From contig NC_043022.1 in the NCBI RefSeq assembly GCF_006345805.1, positions 21,390,001 through 21,454,000 on the forward strand: a stretch of DNA of 64,000 bases, given 5' to 3'. Below the pieces are notes generated by a model. It saw only the letters and a program-made list of their open reading frames with translations. It ran no database searches and was not told the DNA's origin. The translations under genes were made by a program, and so were the position numbers. Shown here piece by piece: positions 24,421 to 36,269 of this stretch; the first letter of the stretch is position 1; the number at the start of each line of letters is the position of its first letter. Source of the stretch: Octopus sinensis (lineage: Eukaryota).

Positions 24421-25572
24421 ATTTCTTTACTGCCCACAAGGGGCTAAACACAGAGGGGACAAACAAGGACAGACAAACGGATTAAGCCGATTATATCGAC
24501 CCCAGTGCGTAACTGGTACTTAATTTATAGACCCCGAAAGGATGAAAGGCAAAGTCGACCTCGGCGGAATTTGAACTCAGAACGTAGCGGCAGGCAAAAT
24601 ACCTATCTCTTTACTACCCACAAGGGGCTAAACACAGAGGGGACAAACAAGGACAGACAAACGGATTAAGCCGATTATATCGACCCCAGTGCGTAACTGG
24701 TACTTAATTTATAGACCCCGAAAGGATGAAAGGCAAAGTCGACCTCGGCAGAATTTGAACTCAGAACATAGCGGCAGACGAAATACCTATCTCTTTACTA
24801 CCCACAAGGGGCTAAACACAGAGGGGACAAACAAGGACAGACAAACGGATTAAGTCGATTATATCGACCCCTGTGTGTAACTGGTACTTAATTTATCGAC
24901 CCCGAAAGGATGAAAGGCAAAGTCGACCTCGGCGGAATTTGAACTCAGAACGTAGCAGCAGGCAAGATACCTATCTCTTTACTACCCACAAGGGGCTAAA
25001 CATAGAGGGGACAAACAAGGACAGACAAACGGATTAAGCCGATTATATCGACCCCAGTGCGTAACTGGTACTTAATTTATAGACCCCGAAAGGATGAAAG
25101 GCAAAGTTGACCTCGGCAGAATTTGAACTCAGAACATAGCGGCAGACGAAATACCTATCTCTTTACTACCCACAAGGGGCTAAACACAGAGGGGACAAAC
25201 AAGGACAGACAAATGGATTAAGCCGATTATATCGACCCCAGTGCGTAACTGGTACTTAATTTATAGACCCCGAAAGGATGAAAGGCAAAGTTGACCTCGG
25301 CAGAATTTGAACTCAGAACATAGCGGCAGACGAAATACCTATCTCTTTACTACCCACAAGGGGCTAAACACAGAGGGGACAAACAAGGACAGACAAACGG
25401 ATTAAGTCGATTATATCGACCCCTGTGTGTAACTGGTACTTAATTTATCGACCTCGAAAGGATGAAAGGCAAAGTCAACCTCAGTGGAATTTGAACTCAG
25501 AACGTAACGGCAGACAAAATATGGCTACGCATTTTGCTCGGTGTGCTAATGTTTCAACAAGCTCGCCACCTG
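24421..25572 (-). repeat. Tandem array of ~6 SINE family B units (184-bp period)
   Basis: cccacaagggg at 24433, 24617, 24801, 24985, 25169 and 25353; single full 5' head at ~25500-25572. Confidence 0.92.
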
Positions 25573-25789
25573 GTTATACATACAGTGTGTTGAGATTAAA
25601 TCTGACAGTTTGCATAAAAGGGCAAGAAAACCAATATTCCATCCAAAAATAAAAATACTGTAAAAAATCAGATTACGACTATGAGATGATGTTTTATTGA
25701 GCTTTACTCCTCCTTAAGTTTCCACCAGCATTCACTTATCCTATCTCTAGCAGAATGTTGATAGACAGCCTGCCAAACCACATCCAGGC

Positions 25790-26285
25790 AATGCAACCCC
25801 ACATCATAATCTCAAGAGAAATAACATTGCAAGCACATGAGGAAAGAGAAAAGATCCTCAATGTTCACAGGAAATGGCCTGAACTCTTTGCATGAACACC
25901 ACCCTGTACATAACTCCATGTCTCTCTACATGGCCTTGCTTTTCGCTTTTTGAGCCAAAAAATTAACTTAACTTAACTTAACTTAAATATCCTAGGACCA
26001 AAGAAATTCACAGCCAACAATTTCCAAGCCACAAATAATGATACCCCAGTGCTGTATGGACTCTGTAAGGGCCACAAGAAAACCACTAACCAGGTAACAT
26101 GACCATCAACAAGACCTGACTGTGGAGCTAACATTGCTTGCAACCACAGAATCTCTTTCCTCTATATGGTCATACGTCCCATAATCAAGATGTCTCTGGA
26201 TGTGTGTGGCAGCATGGAAGACCACCTCAGCAGAACCAACAAATGCAACCACACATACAACCTGATAGGCTGTATAATAGGCAGT

Positions 26286-26333
<48 letters not shown>

Positions 26334-26790
26334 GTTTTGCATCCACTTTCCATGCTAGCATGGGTTGGAGGGTTCAACTGGGGTCTGGGAAGCCAGAAGG
26401 CTGCACTAGGCCCAGTCTGATCTGGCAATGTTTCTACGGCTGGATGCCCTTCCTAATGCCAACCACTCCGTGAGTGTAGTGGGTGCTTTTTATGTGCCAG
26501 ACGAGGCTGGCAAACGGCCACGGTCAGATGGTGCTTTTTACGTGCCACCGGCATGGGGGCCAGGCGAAGCTGGCAACGGCCACGATCGGATGGTGCTTTT
26601 TACATGCCATCCTTATATCCATTGATCGATGTTGATTTTGCCATGGAGAAACCATAGAGATGATCAGAAAGAGCTACATGGAGTTTCCTCCTTAGACTTA
26701 TAAGTAACAAAGAGTACCTAGACAAACATGACCATAGCTATTTCTGCTCCAGTAGACTAATAAGAGGTAAACCTGCTACTGTCACCTCAA
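25790..26790 (+). pseudogene. Penelope-like reverse transcriptase remnant, interrupted
   Basis: TPVLYGLCKGHK...TRP, VIRPII, CIIGS | LYPLIDVDFAMEK, resembling PLE RT motifs LYGLPKxHK and GSxDVxALYP. Confidence 0.55.
26287..26608 (-). mobile_element. RTE 3'-UTR-derived short copy ('family C')
   Basis: Matches the 10722-10950 RTE tail; (GAT)n tail. Confidence 0.85.
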
Positions 26791-26879
26791 TGGCCAAGAA
26801 GACCCCTATCAAATATTCAAATATTTTCTGCAGGTTCTATAATAAATTTGGAGAACTAAGTCCTTCCTTTTGTCTTTCT

Positions 26880-27275
26880 TATAGGGCACAGATGTGGTTG
26901 TGTGGTAAGAAGCTTGCTTTCCAAACATATGGTTCTGGGTTCAGTCCCACTATGAGGTACCTTGAGCATGTGTCTTCTACTATATATAACCAAAGCCTTG
27001 TGCGTGGAAACTAAAAGCCTGTCATGTTTGCGCATGTACATGTGTGTTCATGTCTGTGTTTGTCTCCCCACCACTATCTGACAACCTGTGTTGGGGTGTC
27101 CCACATCCCTACAACTTATCAGTTCAGCAAAAGAGAATGATAGAGTAAGTACGAGACTATTAAAAAAATTAAGTACTAGGGTCAATATATTTGACTATAA
27201 CACTTCAAGGAGGTGCCCCAGCATGGCCGCAGTCTAATTACTAAAACTAGTAAAAAAAAAATAAAAGATTAAAGA
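26880..27275 (+). mobile_element. SINE family A, diverged
   Basis: Recognisable head and tail. Confidence 0.7.
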
Positions 27276-27325
27276 TATTTCACTATTTCTGATTCATGGC
27301 ACATTGTGCACACTGCACACACACA

Positions 27326-27372
<47 letters not shown>

Positions 27373-27639
27373 ATACACACACACACACGCACACATACAC
27401 ACACGTTTGAATAAAATCCAAGGCAACAACTTAATAAAACACGGAAGTATTGAAATATTTGTATGATTGCTAGGAATTTTATTAATATACATCAGCAAAA
27501 CCTGTTGAAAATTCCACCAGCTTCACAGGTTATTATAATTGTAACAATTACTTCATGATATTTACAAATATGCCTGTAATGGCTATATCTTTAGTTACAC
27601 CCAGACTCTCACTTAGTCATTACTCACACACACACACAC

Positions 27640-27703
<64 letters not shown>

Positions 27704-27712
27704 GTGTGTGTG

Positions 27713-27995
27713 TGTGGAGGCGCAATGGCCCAATGATTAGGGCAGCGGACTCGCGGTTGTAGGATCGTGGTTTCGATTCCCAGACCGGGCATTATGAGTG
27801 TTTATTGAGCGAAAACACCTAAAGCTCCACGAGGCTCCGGCAAGGGGTGGTGGCGATCCCTGCTGTACTCTCTCACTCTTTCTTCTGTTGGCCTGCTCGC
27901 TTAGCCAGCGGGGTGGCATCATTTGAAGGCAAAAACAATGCGAAGCGCATTGTGAGCAGCGATGTGTAGCAACATCTGATGGTCTGGTGATCACG
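27713..27995 (+). mobile_element. tRNA-derived SINE, family E head with a different 3' part
   Basis: ggaggcgcaatggcccaatgattagggcagcggactcgcgg...ggtttcgattccc. Confidence 0.75.
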
Positions 27996-28021
27996 GAGAT
28001 ATATATATATATACATATATA

Positions 28022-28262
28022 TCATCATCATCATTTAGCGTCTGCTTTCCATGCTAGCATGAGTTGGACAGTTCAACTGGGGTCTGGGAAGCCAGAAGGC
28101 TGCACCAGGCCCAGTCTGATCTGGCAATGTTTCTACGGCTGGATGCCCTTCCTAACTCCAACCACTCCGTGAGTGTAGTGGGTGCTTTTTACGTGCTACC
28201 GGCACAGGTGCCAGATGAGGCTGGCAAATGGCTACAATCGGATGGTGCTTCTTACGTGCCAC
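28022..28262 (-). mobile_element. Family C (RTE tail) copy
   Basis: Matches 10722-10910. Confidence 0.85.
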
Positions 28263-28482
28263 CATATACACACACACATATATATACATACATATCTATA
28301 TATTCATACATATATATACATACATATACATACATGTATGTATGTATTTATTTAAGTATATATAAAGTGTCCCCTTTTTATATTGTGTCTGTTGTTCAAG
28401 GCAAACATGACTGGTTGAGTGAAATAAAGAGAGAATCACAATAGGAGAGTGGCAGATGAGTGAGTGATAAGAGGGAAGAAAC

Positions 28483-28974
28483 CAAGAGAATACCCTCCAT
28501 CAGGCATTTGCCATATTCTGAATGCCTTACTTCCCTGGGCATGGACACATTGAAACTCCAACATCTGGCAGCTGACTTGGCAGACACCCATAAAATTATT
28601 AACCATCTTACAAACAATAACTCTGAGCACCTTTTCAAACTCCACCCGTCTTAACACCCATGGACATGTTTACAAAGTTAGTAAACAGCACAGCTCCCAT
28701 GACTTTCGGAAACATTTTTTCACGCTAAGAGTTGCTGAAGCATGGAACAAACTGCCAGCATCAGTTGTTAGTTGTCAGAGCACTGCATCCTTCAAAACTT
28801 CCATGCTTCCTGAAATTCGCCAACACTACACCTGATTTTCTCCCCTCCATACACACGCAAGCATGTATCTGACTCATACACTGTTCGCTTTCCAGACATT
28901 TGTACATTACTGCATATACTTTATATGCACTTTTTGACAAGTTGTGGTGCACCTGAGCACTGTATACAATAATT

Positions 28975-29019
<45 letters not shown>

Positions 29020-29030
29020 TATTATTATTA
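28483..29030 (+). mobile_element. CR1-type LINE 3' end with (ATT)n tail
   Basis: KRIPSIRHLPYSECLTSLGMDTLKL...HGHVYKV...RKHFFTLRVAEAWNKLP, typical of CR1 ORF2 C-termini. Confidence 0.85.
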
Positions 29031-29467
29031 TAAGCCCAGATGGGTATAGAACCAAAGTTAGTTTAGTGATGAGATCAATATCAATAAAAATTGTTTAGAA
29101 TATGAATATAAAGTTGTAGCATCACCAAAGTAACATAAACATGTGATAGGTGAAGAAACATAAAGCACCCAATGTATGAGAAAGCAGCAGCAGTAGCAGC
29201 AGCAGCAGCAGATCATGAATGAATGTATGACTACAATATTGATTTCTTCATAATATTGAACTATTTGTCCTAAAAGATTATCTATTTATCTATTTGTTTA
29301 TTGGTTTTATCTGTTGTGAGGTCATTGCTGAACACAAGAGTACCTCGACAGTATGTGGTAAAAGTTACATGTATCAGAATCACATGAACGAGACAAAAAG
29401 AAAGGAAAGAAGGAAAGGAAGGAAGGAAGAAACGAACGAAGGAGATAAGAAAGAAAGAAGGAAGGTA

Positions 29468-29756
29468 GATAGACAGACAGACAGATAGATAGATATAGAA
29501 AGATAGATATATAGACAGACAGACAGACAGACAGATAGATAGATATAGAAAGATAGATAGATAGATATAGAAAGATAGATATAAAGACAGATAGATAGAT
29601 AGATGGATAGATAGATATAGAAAGATAGATATATAGACAGATAGATAGATAGACAGACAGACAGATGACAGACAGACAGACAGACAGATAGATAGATAGA
29701 TAGATAGATATATAGATAGATATAGAAAGATAGATATAAAGACAGATAGATAGATA

Positions 29757-29805
<49 letters not shown>

Positions 29806-29866
29806 AAGATAGATAGATAGATATAGAAAGATAGATATATAGACAGATAGATAGATAGATAGATAT

Positions 29867-29940
<74 letters not shown>
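29468..29940. repeat. Complex (GATA)n/(GACA)n microsatellite
   Basis: Direct reading. Confidence 0.95.
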
Positions 29941-30385
29941 CATTAAATACAGCCTTCTGTATCATCAGCATCATTACTTGATGTCTGCTTTCGACGTTGG
30001 AAGGATGAAAGATTCTTGTGAGACTGGCTCGATTTTAAATTCAGAGCAATGAGAAGATGTTTAGCTACTTGCTTTATTTGAAAGCATTATTTAAATCAAT
30101 CTCAGTCATCTGTTAAAGTATCCGTTAAGACAGGAAAAGAACAAAAAAGGGGGGGGGGACAAAAATGTTAAAATTGACAATGGAATATGACAAAAAAGGG
30201 AAATGAATGGCTGAAGTTGCATAGGTTGTTACAATCCAAATCAGTTCTTATTTAAAATTACTCACCTCCTACACATCTCATTTGTACATTCTACATTAGT
30301 ACGACTTCTCTGGCTAAACATCCATGCCAACACCAATTGCTTTGCAGAGTATACTGAGTGCATTTTATTATCATATACCAGCACT

Positions 30386-31252
30386 AGAAATGGTGTAATG
30401 CACCAAAATGGTGTAATGTACCAAAATGGTGTAATGTACCAAAATGGTGTAATGTACCAAAATGGTGTAATGTACCAAAATGGTGTAATGTACCAAAATG
30501 GTGTAATGTACCAAAATGGTGTAATGTACCAAAATGGTGTAATGTACCAAAATGGTGTAATGTACCAAAATGGTGTAATGTACCAAATGGTGTAATGTAC
30601 CAAAATGGTGTAATGCACCAAAATGGGTAATGTACCAAAATGGTGTAATGTACCAAAATGTGTAATGTACCAAAATGGTGTAATGTACCAAAATGGTGTA
30701 ATGTACCAAAATGGTGTAATGTACCAAAATGGTGTAATGTACCAAAATGGTGTAATGTACCAAAATGGTGTAAAGTACCAAAATGGTGTAATGTACCAAA
30801 ATGGTGTAATGTACCAAAATGGTGTAATGCACCAAAATGGTGTAATGTACCAAAATGGTGTAATGTACCAAAATGGTGTAATGTACCAAAATGGTGTAAT
30901 GTACCAAAATGGTGTAATGTACCAAAATGGTGTAATGTACCAAAATGGTGTAATGTACCAAAATGGTGTAAAGTACCAAAATGGTGTAATGTACCAAAAT
31001 GGTGTAATGTACCAAAATGGTGTAATGCACCAAAATGGTGTAATGTACCAAAATGGTGTAATGTACCAAAATGGTGTAATGTACCAAAATGGTGTAATGT
31101 ACCAAAATGGTGTAATGTACCAAAATGGTGTAATGTACCAAAATGGTGTAATGTACCAAAATGGTGTAAAGTACCAAAATGGTGTAAGTACCAAAATGGT
31201 GTCAAGTACCAAAATGGTGTAATAAGTACCAAAATGGTGTAAAGTACCAAAA
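30386..31252. repeat. 18-bp minisatellite (AAAATGGTGTAATGTACC), ~48 copies
   Basis: Direct reading; rare variants (taatgcacc, taaagtacc). Confidence 0.95.
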
Positions 31253-31314
31253 GCCAATACCAAGGGGTAATATTTACGCTACCTTTGCTTGTTCATCAAC
31301 CACTTTATAGTTAT

Positions 31315-32128
31315 TTCTTTACTACTCACAAGGGGCTAAACACAGAGGGGACAAACAAGGACAGACAAACGGACTAAGTCGATTACATCGACCCCAGTGC
31401 GTAACTGGTACTTAATTTATAGACCCCAAAAGGATGAAAGGTAAAGTCGACCTCAGCTGAATTTGAACTCAGAACGTAATGGCAACGAAATACCTATCTC
31501 TTTACTACCCACAAGGGGCTAAACACAGAGGGGACAAACAAGGACAGACAAATGGATTAAGTCAATTACATCAACCCCAGTGCGTAACTGGTACTTAATT
31601 TATCAACCCCGAAAGGATGAAAGGTAAAGTCAACCTCAGCGGAATTTGAACTCAGAACATAGCGGCAGATGAAATACCTATCTCTTTACTACCCACAAGG
31701 GTCTAAACACAGAGGGGACAAGCAAGGACAGACAAACGGATTAAGTTGATTATATCAACCCCAGTGCGTAACTGGTACTTAATTTATCGACTCCGAAAGG
31801 ATGAAAGGTAAAGTCGACCTCAGCGGAATTTGAACTCAGAACGTAATGCCAGACGAAATACGGCTACACATTTCGCCTGGCGTGCTAACATTTCTTATTT
31901 CTTTATTGCCCACAAGGGGCTAAACACAGAGGGGACAAACAAGGACAGACAAACGGATTAAGTCGATTACATCGACCCCAGTGCGTAACTGGTACTTAAT
32001 TTATCAACCCCGAAAGGATGAAAGGTAAAGTCAACCTCAGCGGAATTTGAACTCAGAACCTAATGCCAGACGAAATACGGCTACGCATTTCGCCCGGCGT
32101 GCTAACGTTTCTGCAAGCTCGCCGCCTT
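31315..32128 (-). repeat. SINE family B multimer: 3 tandem 184-bp units plus a fourth full copy
   Basis: Unit starts at ~31326, 31508, 31692 and ~31909. Confidence 0.88.
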
Positions 32129-32202
32129 TATAGTGTGCTAGGTACATTGTATCATAGTAACTGAGTAACAAAGACGTTGATGTTGTCCTCTTCAAAACTG
32201 AA

Positions 32203-32310
32203 GTGTCCCCTTTTTATATGGTGTCTGTTGTTCAAGGCAAACATGACTGGTTGAGTGAAATAAAGAGAGACTCGCAATAAGAGTGCGGCAGATGAGTGAG
32301 TGATAAGAGG
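32203..32310. repeat. ~110-bp dispersed repeat also present at 28365-28482
   Basis: gtgtcccctttt...caaggcaaacatgactggttgagtgaaataaagagaga...gagggaagaaa in both places. Confidence 0.8.
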
Positions 32311-33179
32311 GAAGAAAGTGATAAAAGTGAGAGGGTGATGCTGGAAGGAGTAATGGAAGAGAGACACTGATAAGGAAACTGCATGCTGATTATTGGTATG
32401 GAGACTGAATGGGAAAACAGTATGTGCATAACGATGAGAGAAGAAAGAGCGATAGATTGAGGGAGAGTGGAATAATAAAGGATAGCGCTAAAGGGTAACC
32501 ATAGTGAGAGAGAGAGAAAGAGAGAGAGAGGGAGAGCAATTGATGGAGAGCAATAAAGATAAGCAATGAAAAAGGAGAGTGATCGAGTGATAGTAATAGA
32601 AAAGGTTATAGTAAAAAAGAGTGATGGATGTCAATGAAGAGTGATATGACGGAAAGAGAGTGATGGCTAGCAATAAAGATGGTTGATGGTAAAAGGTTAG
32701 CTGTCACACACACCCACACACATAATGTAGTGCAATGAACTTGCCCTGCTGTAGAAAGAGAGAGAGAAAAAACTTTCAACATTCCAGACCATCTTCTTCA
32801 GAGAAAAGTGGAAAAGGAAGAAATTAATGAGACAGCAGGGTCTTACATGCTCTAAGTTGAAAATGGAAAAAGAAGAGAAAAAAAGCCAGCAACTGTCGCA
32901 TTAATTTCTCTTTTCCACTTTTCTTTGAAAAGGCCTTCGTCCAAAATATTGGATTTACCATTCCTCACAACAAGTTCACTGTATTCTTTTTATCGATTTC
33001 ACTACGTTATATAAATCTTGCCAGCACAGACCATGCACCAGTTTCTTGGGAGTCTGTTTGATCATATATATATATATATATATATAATAATAATATTAGG
33101 GAATAAATCCAAACTTACAGGGAAAAATTAGATTTAGAATTAAATCCAATTTTATAGTATAAATATATTATATTATATT

Positions 33180-33304
33180 AAATTAGAGATAAAACCACTA
33201 TTAGGCAAATCAAACTGTGAAAAACATAAGCCAATACATAAAATTAATTAAAAAATATAAAAGTTAAAAATTGATTTGCCTAATAGTGGTTTTATCTCTA
33301 ATTT
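33180..33304. repeat. Perfect 34-bp inverted repeat with ~57-nt spacer
   Basis: aaattagagataaaaccactattaggcaaatcaa (33180-33213) / ttgatttgcctaatagtggttttatctctaattt (33271-33304). Confidence 0.92.
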
Positions 33305-33404
33305 GATATAATATATATGTGTACTTCGTAAACACCAGTCGCGTTTTTTTTCCCTCTGTTCGGCCACATCGGGATCTTTCCTTCTTCTTTCTTCCTTCTC
33401 TTAT

Positions 33405-33440
33405 GTTTCCGACGAAGAGCTCCGCTCGAAACGTCATACC
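33405..33440 (+). ncRNA. Minimal type I hammerhead-like motif (core CCGACGA)
   Basis: CCGACGA-a-gagc-tcc-gctc-GAAA-cgt-C; palindromic stem III acgt; weak stem I. Confidence 0.55.
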
Positions 33441-33541
33441 CTCCTTCTTCCATTTTCCTGAGCGCCTAATAATAATAATACTGTAATTGTTCCACGTGTT
33501 GTTGTTTTTTCTGTTTTCCCGTTTGGATTAACCTTATATAT

Positions 33542-33576
<35 letters not shown>

Positions 33577-33692
33577 TATATAAGTATGTTTTATCAAGCC
33601 CACTGCCTAATTGCAACACCATTTGCTCTGACACTGTTATTCTATATCTCACTTGTAGAGATGAATCGATGCTAGCTCTGGCAGTTGAGCGT

Positions 33693-33739
33693 CCATCACT
33701 GATGAATCCAAGAAAGGTTGAAATCATGTGATCTAGTGG
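33693..33739 (+). ncRNA. Type I hammerhead-like motif, partly decayed
   Basis: ccatca-CTGATGA-atcc-aagaa-aggtt-GAAA-tcatgtga-TC-tagtgg. Confidence 0.5.
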
Positions 33740-33964
33740 TCTTGGCATTGGAGGTGGTAGGGATTTATCTCCCTGCTAGGGATATAAACAAGAATGCATT
33801 CTGTACCAAAAGCCAGTATGAGAGTTTCTCTCATGGTAACTACCTCAGTATAGTTTGTTCTAACAGAACATCCACATTTAACTGATGATAAATATTACCT
33901 CTTTGTATTAATACTCTGTTGCTAATATATATATAAATATATATATATGTATATATATTCTAGC

Positions 33965-34012
33965 AAAAACTGTCCGACGAACGGGAACGGGAAACTCAGA
34001 GTAACAGGTTTT
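33965..34012 (+). ncRNA. Minimal type I hammerhead-like motif (core CCGACGA)
   Basis: ctgt-CCGACGA-acgggaacgg-GAAA-ctcagag-TA-acag; stem I ctgt/acag; stem III actc(a)gagt. Confidence 0.55.
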
Positions 34013-34064
34013 GTTGAATTTTCTGCTGCTATTAAATAAAGTATATATATATATATGTGTGTGT

Positions 34065-34097
<33 letters not shown>

Positions 34098-34219
34098 GTG
34101 TATATAATATATATATATGGAAGTCCGTTTATTATCTAAATCTGATTTTTATAGAACTATCCCTGATGTTTCAGGAGTGTAGCCTCACCCCCTTAGATGT
34201 TTTGAGAACTCAGATGTTT

Positions 34220-34310
34220 TTTCAGCTGATGAGTACGGGTCACGTGTATTTGCTGCAATATTTGCAGCCTTAATAAATATGGGTCTTCGTACGAAACAAT
34301 TGTACCGAAA
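34220..34310 (+). ncRNA. Type I hammerhead ribozyme with canonical core
   Basis: CTGATGA 34226-32; stem II gtacg/cgtac with internal gctgcaa/ttgcagc hairpin; GAAA 34293-96; palindromic stem III acaattgt; GUA site 34302-04; stem I tttcag/ccgaaa (one mismatch). Confidence 0.75.
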
Positions 34311-34341
34311 TATTGATCCATTTTTGTTGCTTTTTTTCTTG

Positions 34342-34377
<36 letters not shown>

Positions 34378-34816
34378 CGATATTAAAAATAAGAATTACT
34401 CTTAAGTAGCAATAGCCTTACCTTTACTTCCGTAATTATATACTGTCCTTTAGGACCAACACATGGTTCAATTGCACCAATTAGTAATCGTTGCAATTGT
34501 AACACTACCATATAACAGTGCAGTCTCTTCGGGGTCTTAACTTGATATCGCTCATTATGGCCATTTAATGATTTTCTTTTATAAACTCTGTGTTGTATAA
34601 TTCAGAGCTATCCATTAAGTCAGATGCGAACAATCTCTATTTCAAGTTCTTATTGAATAATCATTTTTCAGTCCATCAGATCAAAACCTTGTATAGTTTA
34701 AATGATCATTATTCATTTATACTTTGCAAATGTGAATTTCCTCATGTGCAAGCATCTTCTCAGTGCTTGCTCCTGTCTAGAATTTATTACATTACCCTTG
34801 GATGTGAAAATCCTGC

Positions 34817-34980
34817 AGGAGTGGCTGTGTGGTAAGTAGCTTGCTTACCAAACACAAGGTTCTGGGTTCAGTCCTACTGCGTGGCACCTTGGGCAAGTGT
34901 CTTCTACTATAGCCTCAGGCCGACCAAAGCCTTGTGAGTGGATTTGGTAGACGGAAACTGAAAGAAGCCCAGCGTATATA

Positions 34981-35035
<55 letters not shown>

Positions 35036-35151
35036 GTGTGTGCGTGTATATGTATATGTGTGTATGTGTATGTATGTATGTATGTATGTATGTACGTACA
35101 TACATACATACATACATACATACATACACACATATACATATACACGCACAC

Positions 35152-35182
<31 letters not shown>

Positions 35183-35300
35183 ATATATATATATATATAT
35201 ACACACACACTGGCCCTCATATGTATGTGTATATGTTTGTGTGTCTGTGTTTGTCCCCCCAGCTTTGCTTGACAACCGATGCTGGTGTGTTTACGTTCCC
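34817..35300 (+). mobile_element. SINE family A with expanded internal TA/TATG tract, 3'-truncated
   Basis: Consensus head through gtgtttacgt. Confidence 0.8.
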
Positions 35301-35960
35301 ATAACGTTCATGGTTAAGAAATTCACTTCACAACTGCTTCGCTTCAAGTGTACTCCCACAGGATGGGGCCTTTTATGATGTTATAGTGAAAGTCACTCGT
35401 CCAAAGCAGCATGCTATGGTACAGAACACAAAATCGAAATTCCCAACTACACAGTCACGTAAGAGAAAGTGGGTGAGAGAGAAAGAAAAAGACTTTAAAT
35501 CAATGATATATCAGTAACCAAAGCAACCAGGTTGATACATAAATTTCTTAAAGAATCATATGTTTTAATACCAACAAGGCCCAATCAAAACCGACTTAGA
35601 TACTAATTCAATCCAATGGTTTGACAATCCCCAGTGTTTTGAGTGTCAATTAACTCTAAATAATAATACATCTATACATTATCAAGAGACATATCGGATA
35701 GTAAGCAGAAGACGGAGTAAGCAGATAGACGATAAGACAGAGAGATTATATTGTCTTGAGCTGTGACATGTAAATAACCAGTAACCAGGTTTGCTTTAAA
35801 CCGAACTAAAGAAAGTAATTACAAAGAAATAAAGACACATGATGGCATTATCCTGCTGTCATTATTTGAACGTTTGAAACATTTGAGCATATCGCAGAGG
35901 GCTGGAGATGTCTGCAATGCAGCAACGGTTCCAAGCTTAATTGCCTCCATACATATCAAC

Positions 35961-36238
35961 CGTGTGTGTGTGTGTGTGAGAGAGAAATAGGGAGAGAATG
36001 TGTGTGTTAGAAGGAGAGATAGGGAGAGAGAGAGAGAATGGGTGTGTATGTGTGTGTGTGGGAGAGAGAGGATGTGTGTGTGTGTATGTGAGAGGGAGAG
36101 AGAGAGAGAATGTGTGTGTGTGTGTGTGTGAGAGAGGGAGACAGAGAGAAAATGTGTGTGTATGTGTGTGTGTGAGAGAGGAAGATAATGTGTGTGCGTG
36201 TGTGTGTGTATGTGTGTGAGAGGGAAAGAGAGAGAGAA

Positions 36239-36269
<31 letters not shown>

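Noticed and set aside
24421-25572. CRISPR-like or satellite interpretation of the regular arrays (also 30386, 47568, 59921)
   Set aside because: No unique spacers, no cas genes, eukaryotic context; units are SINE bodies or minisatellites.
30262-31263. Long repetitive ORFs (ITPFWY, YTILVH, GTLHHF, QNGVMY)
   Set aside because: Open in nearly every frame because the 18-bp unit lacks stops; no evidence of coding.
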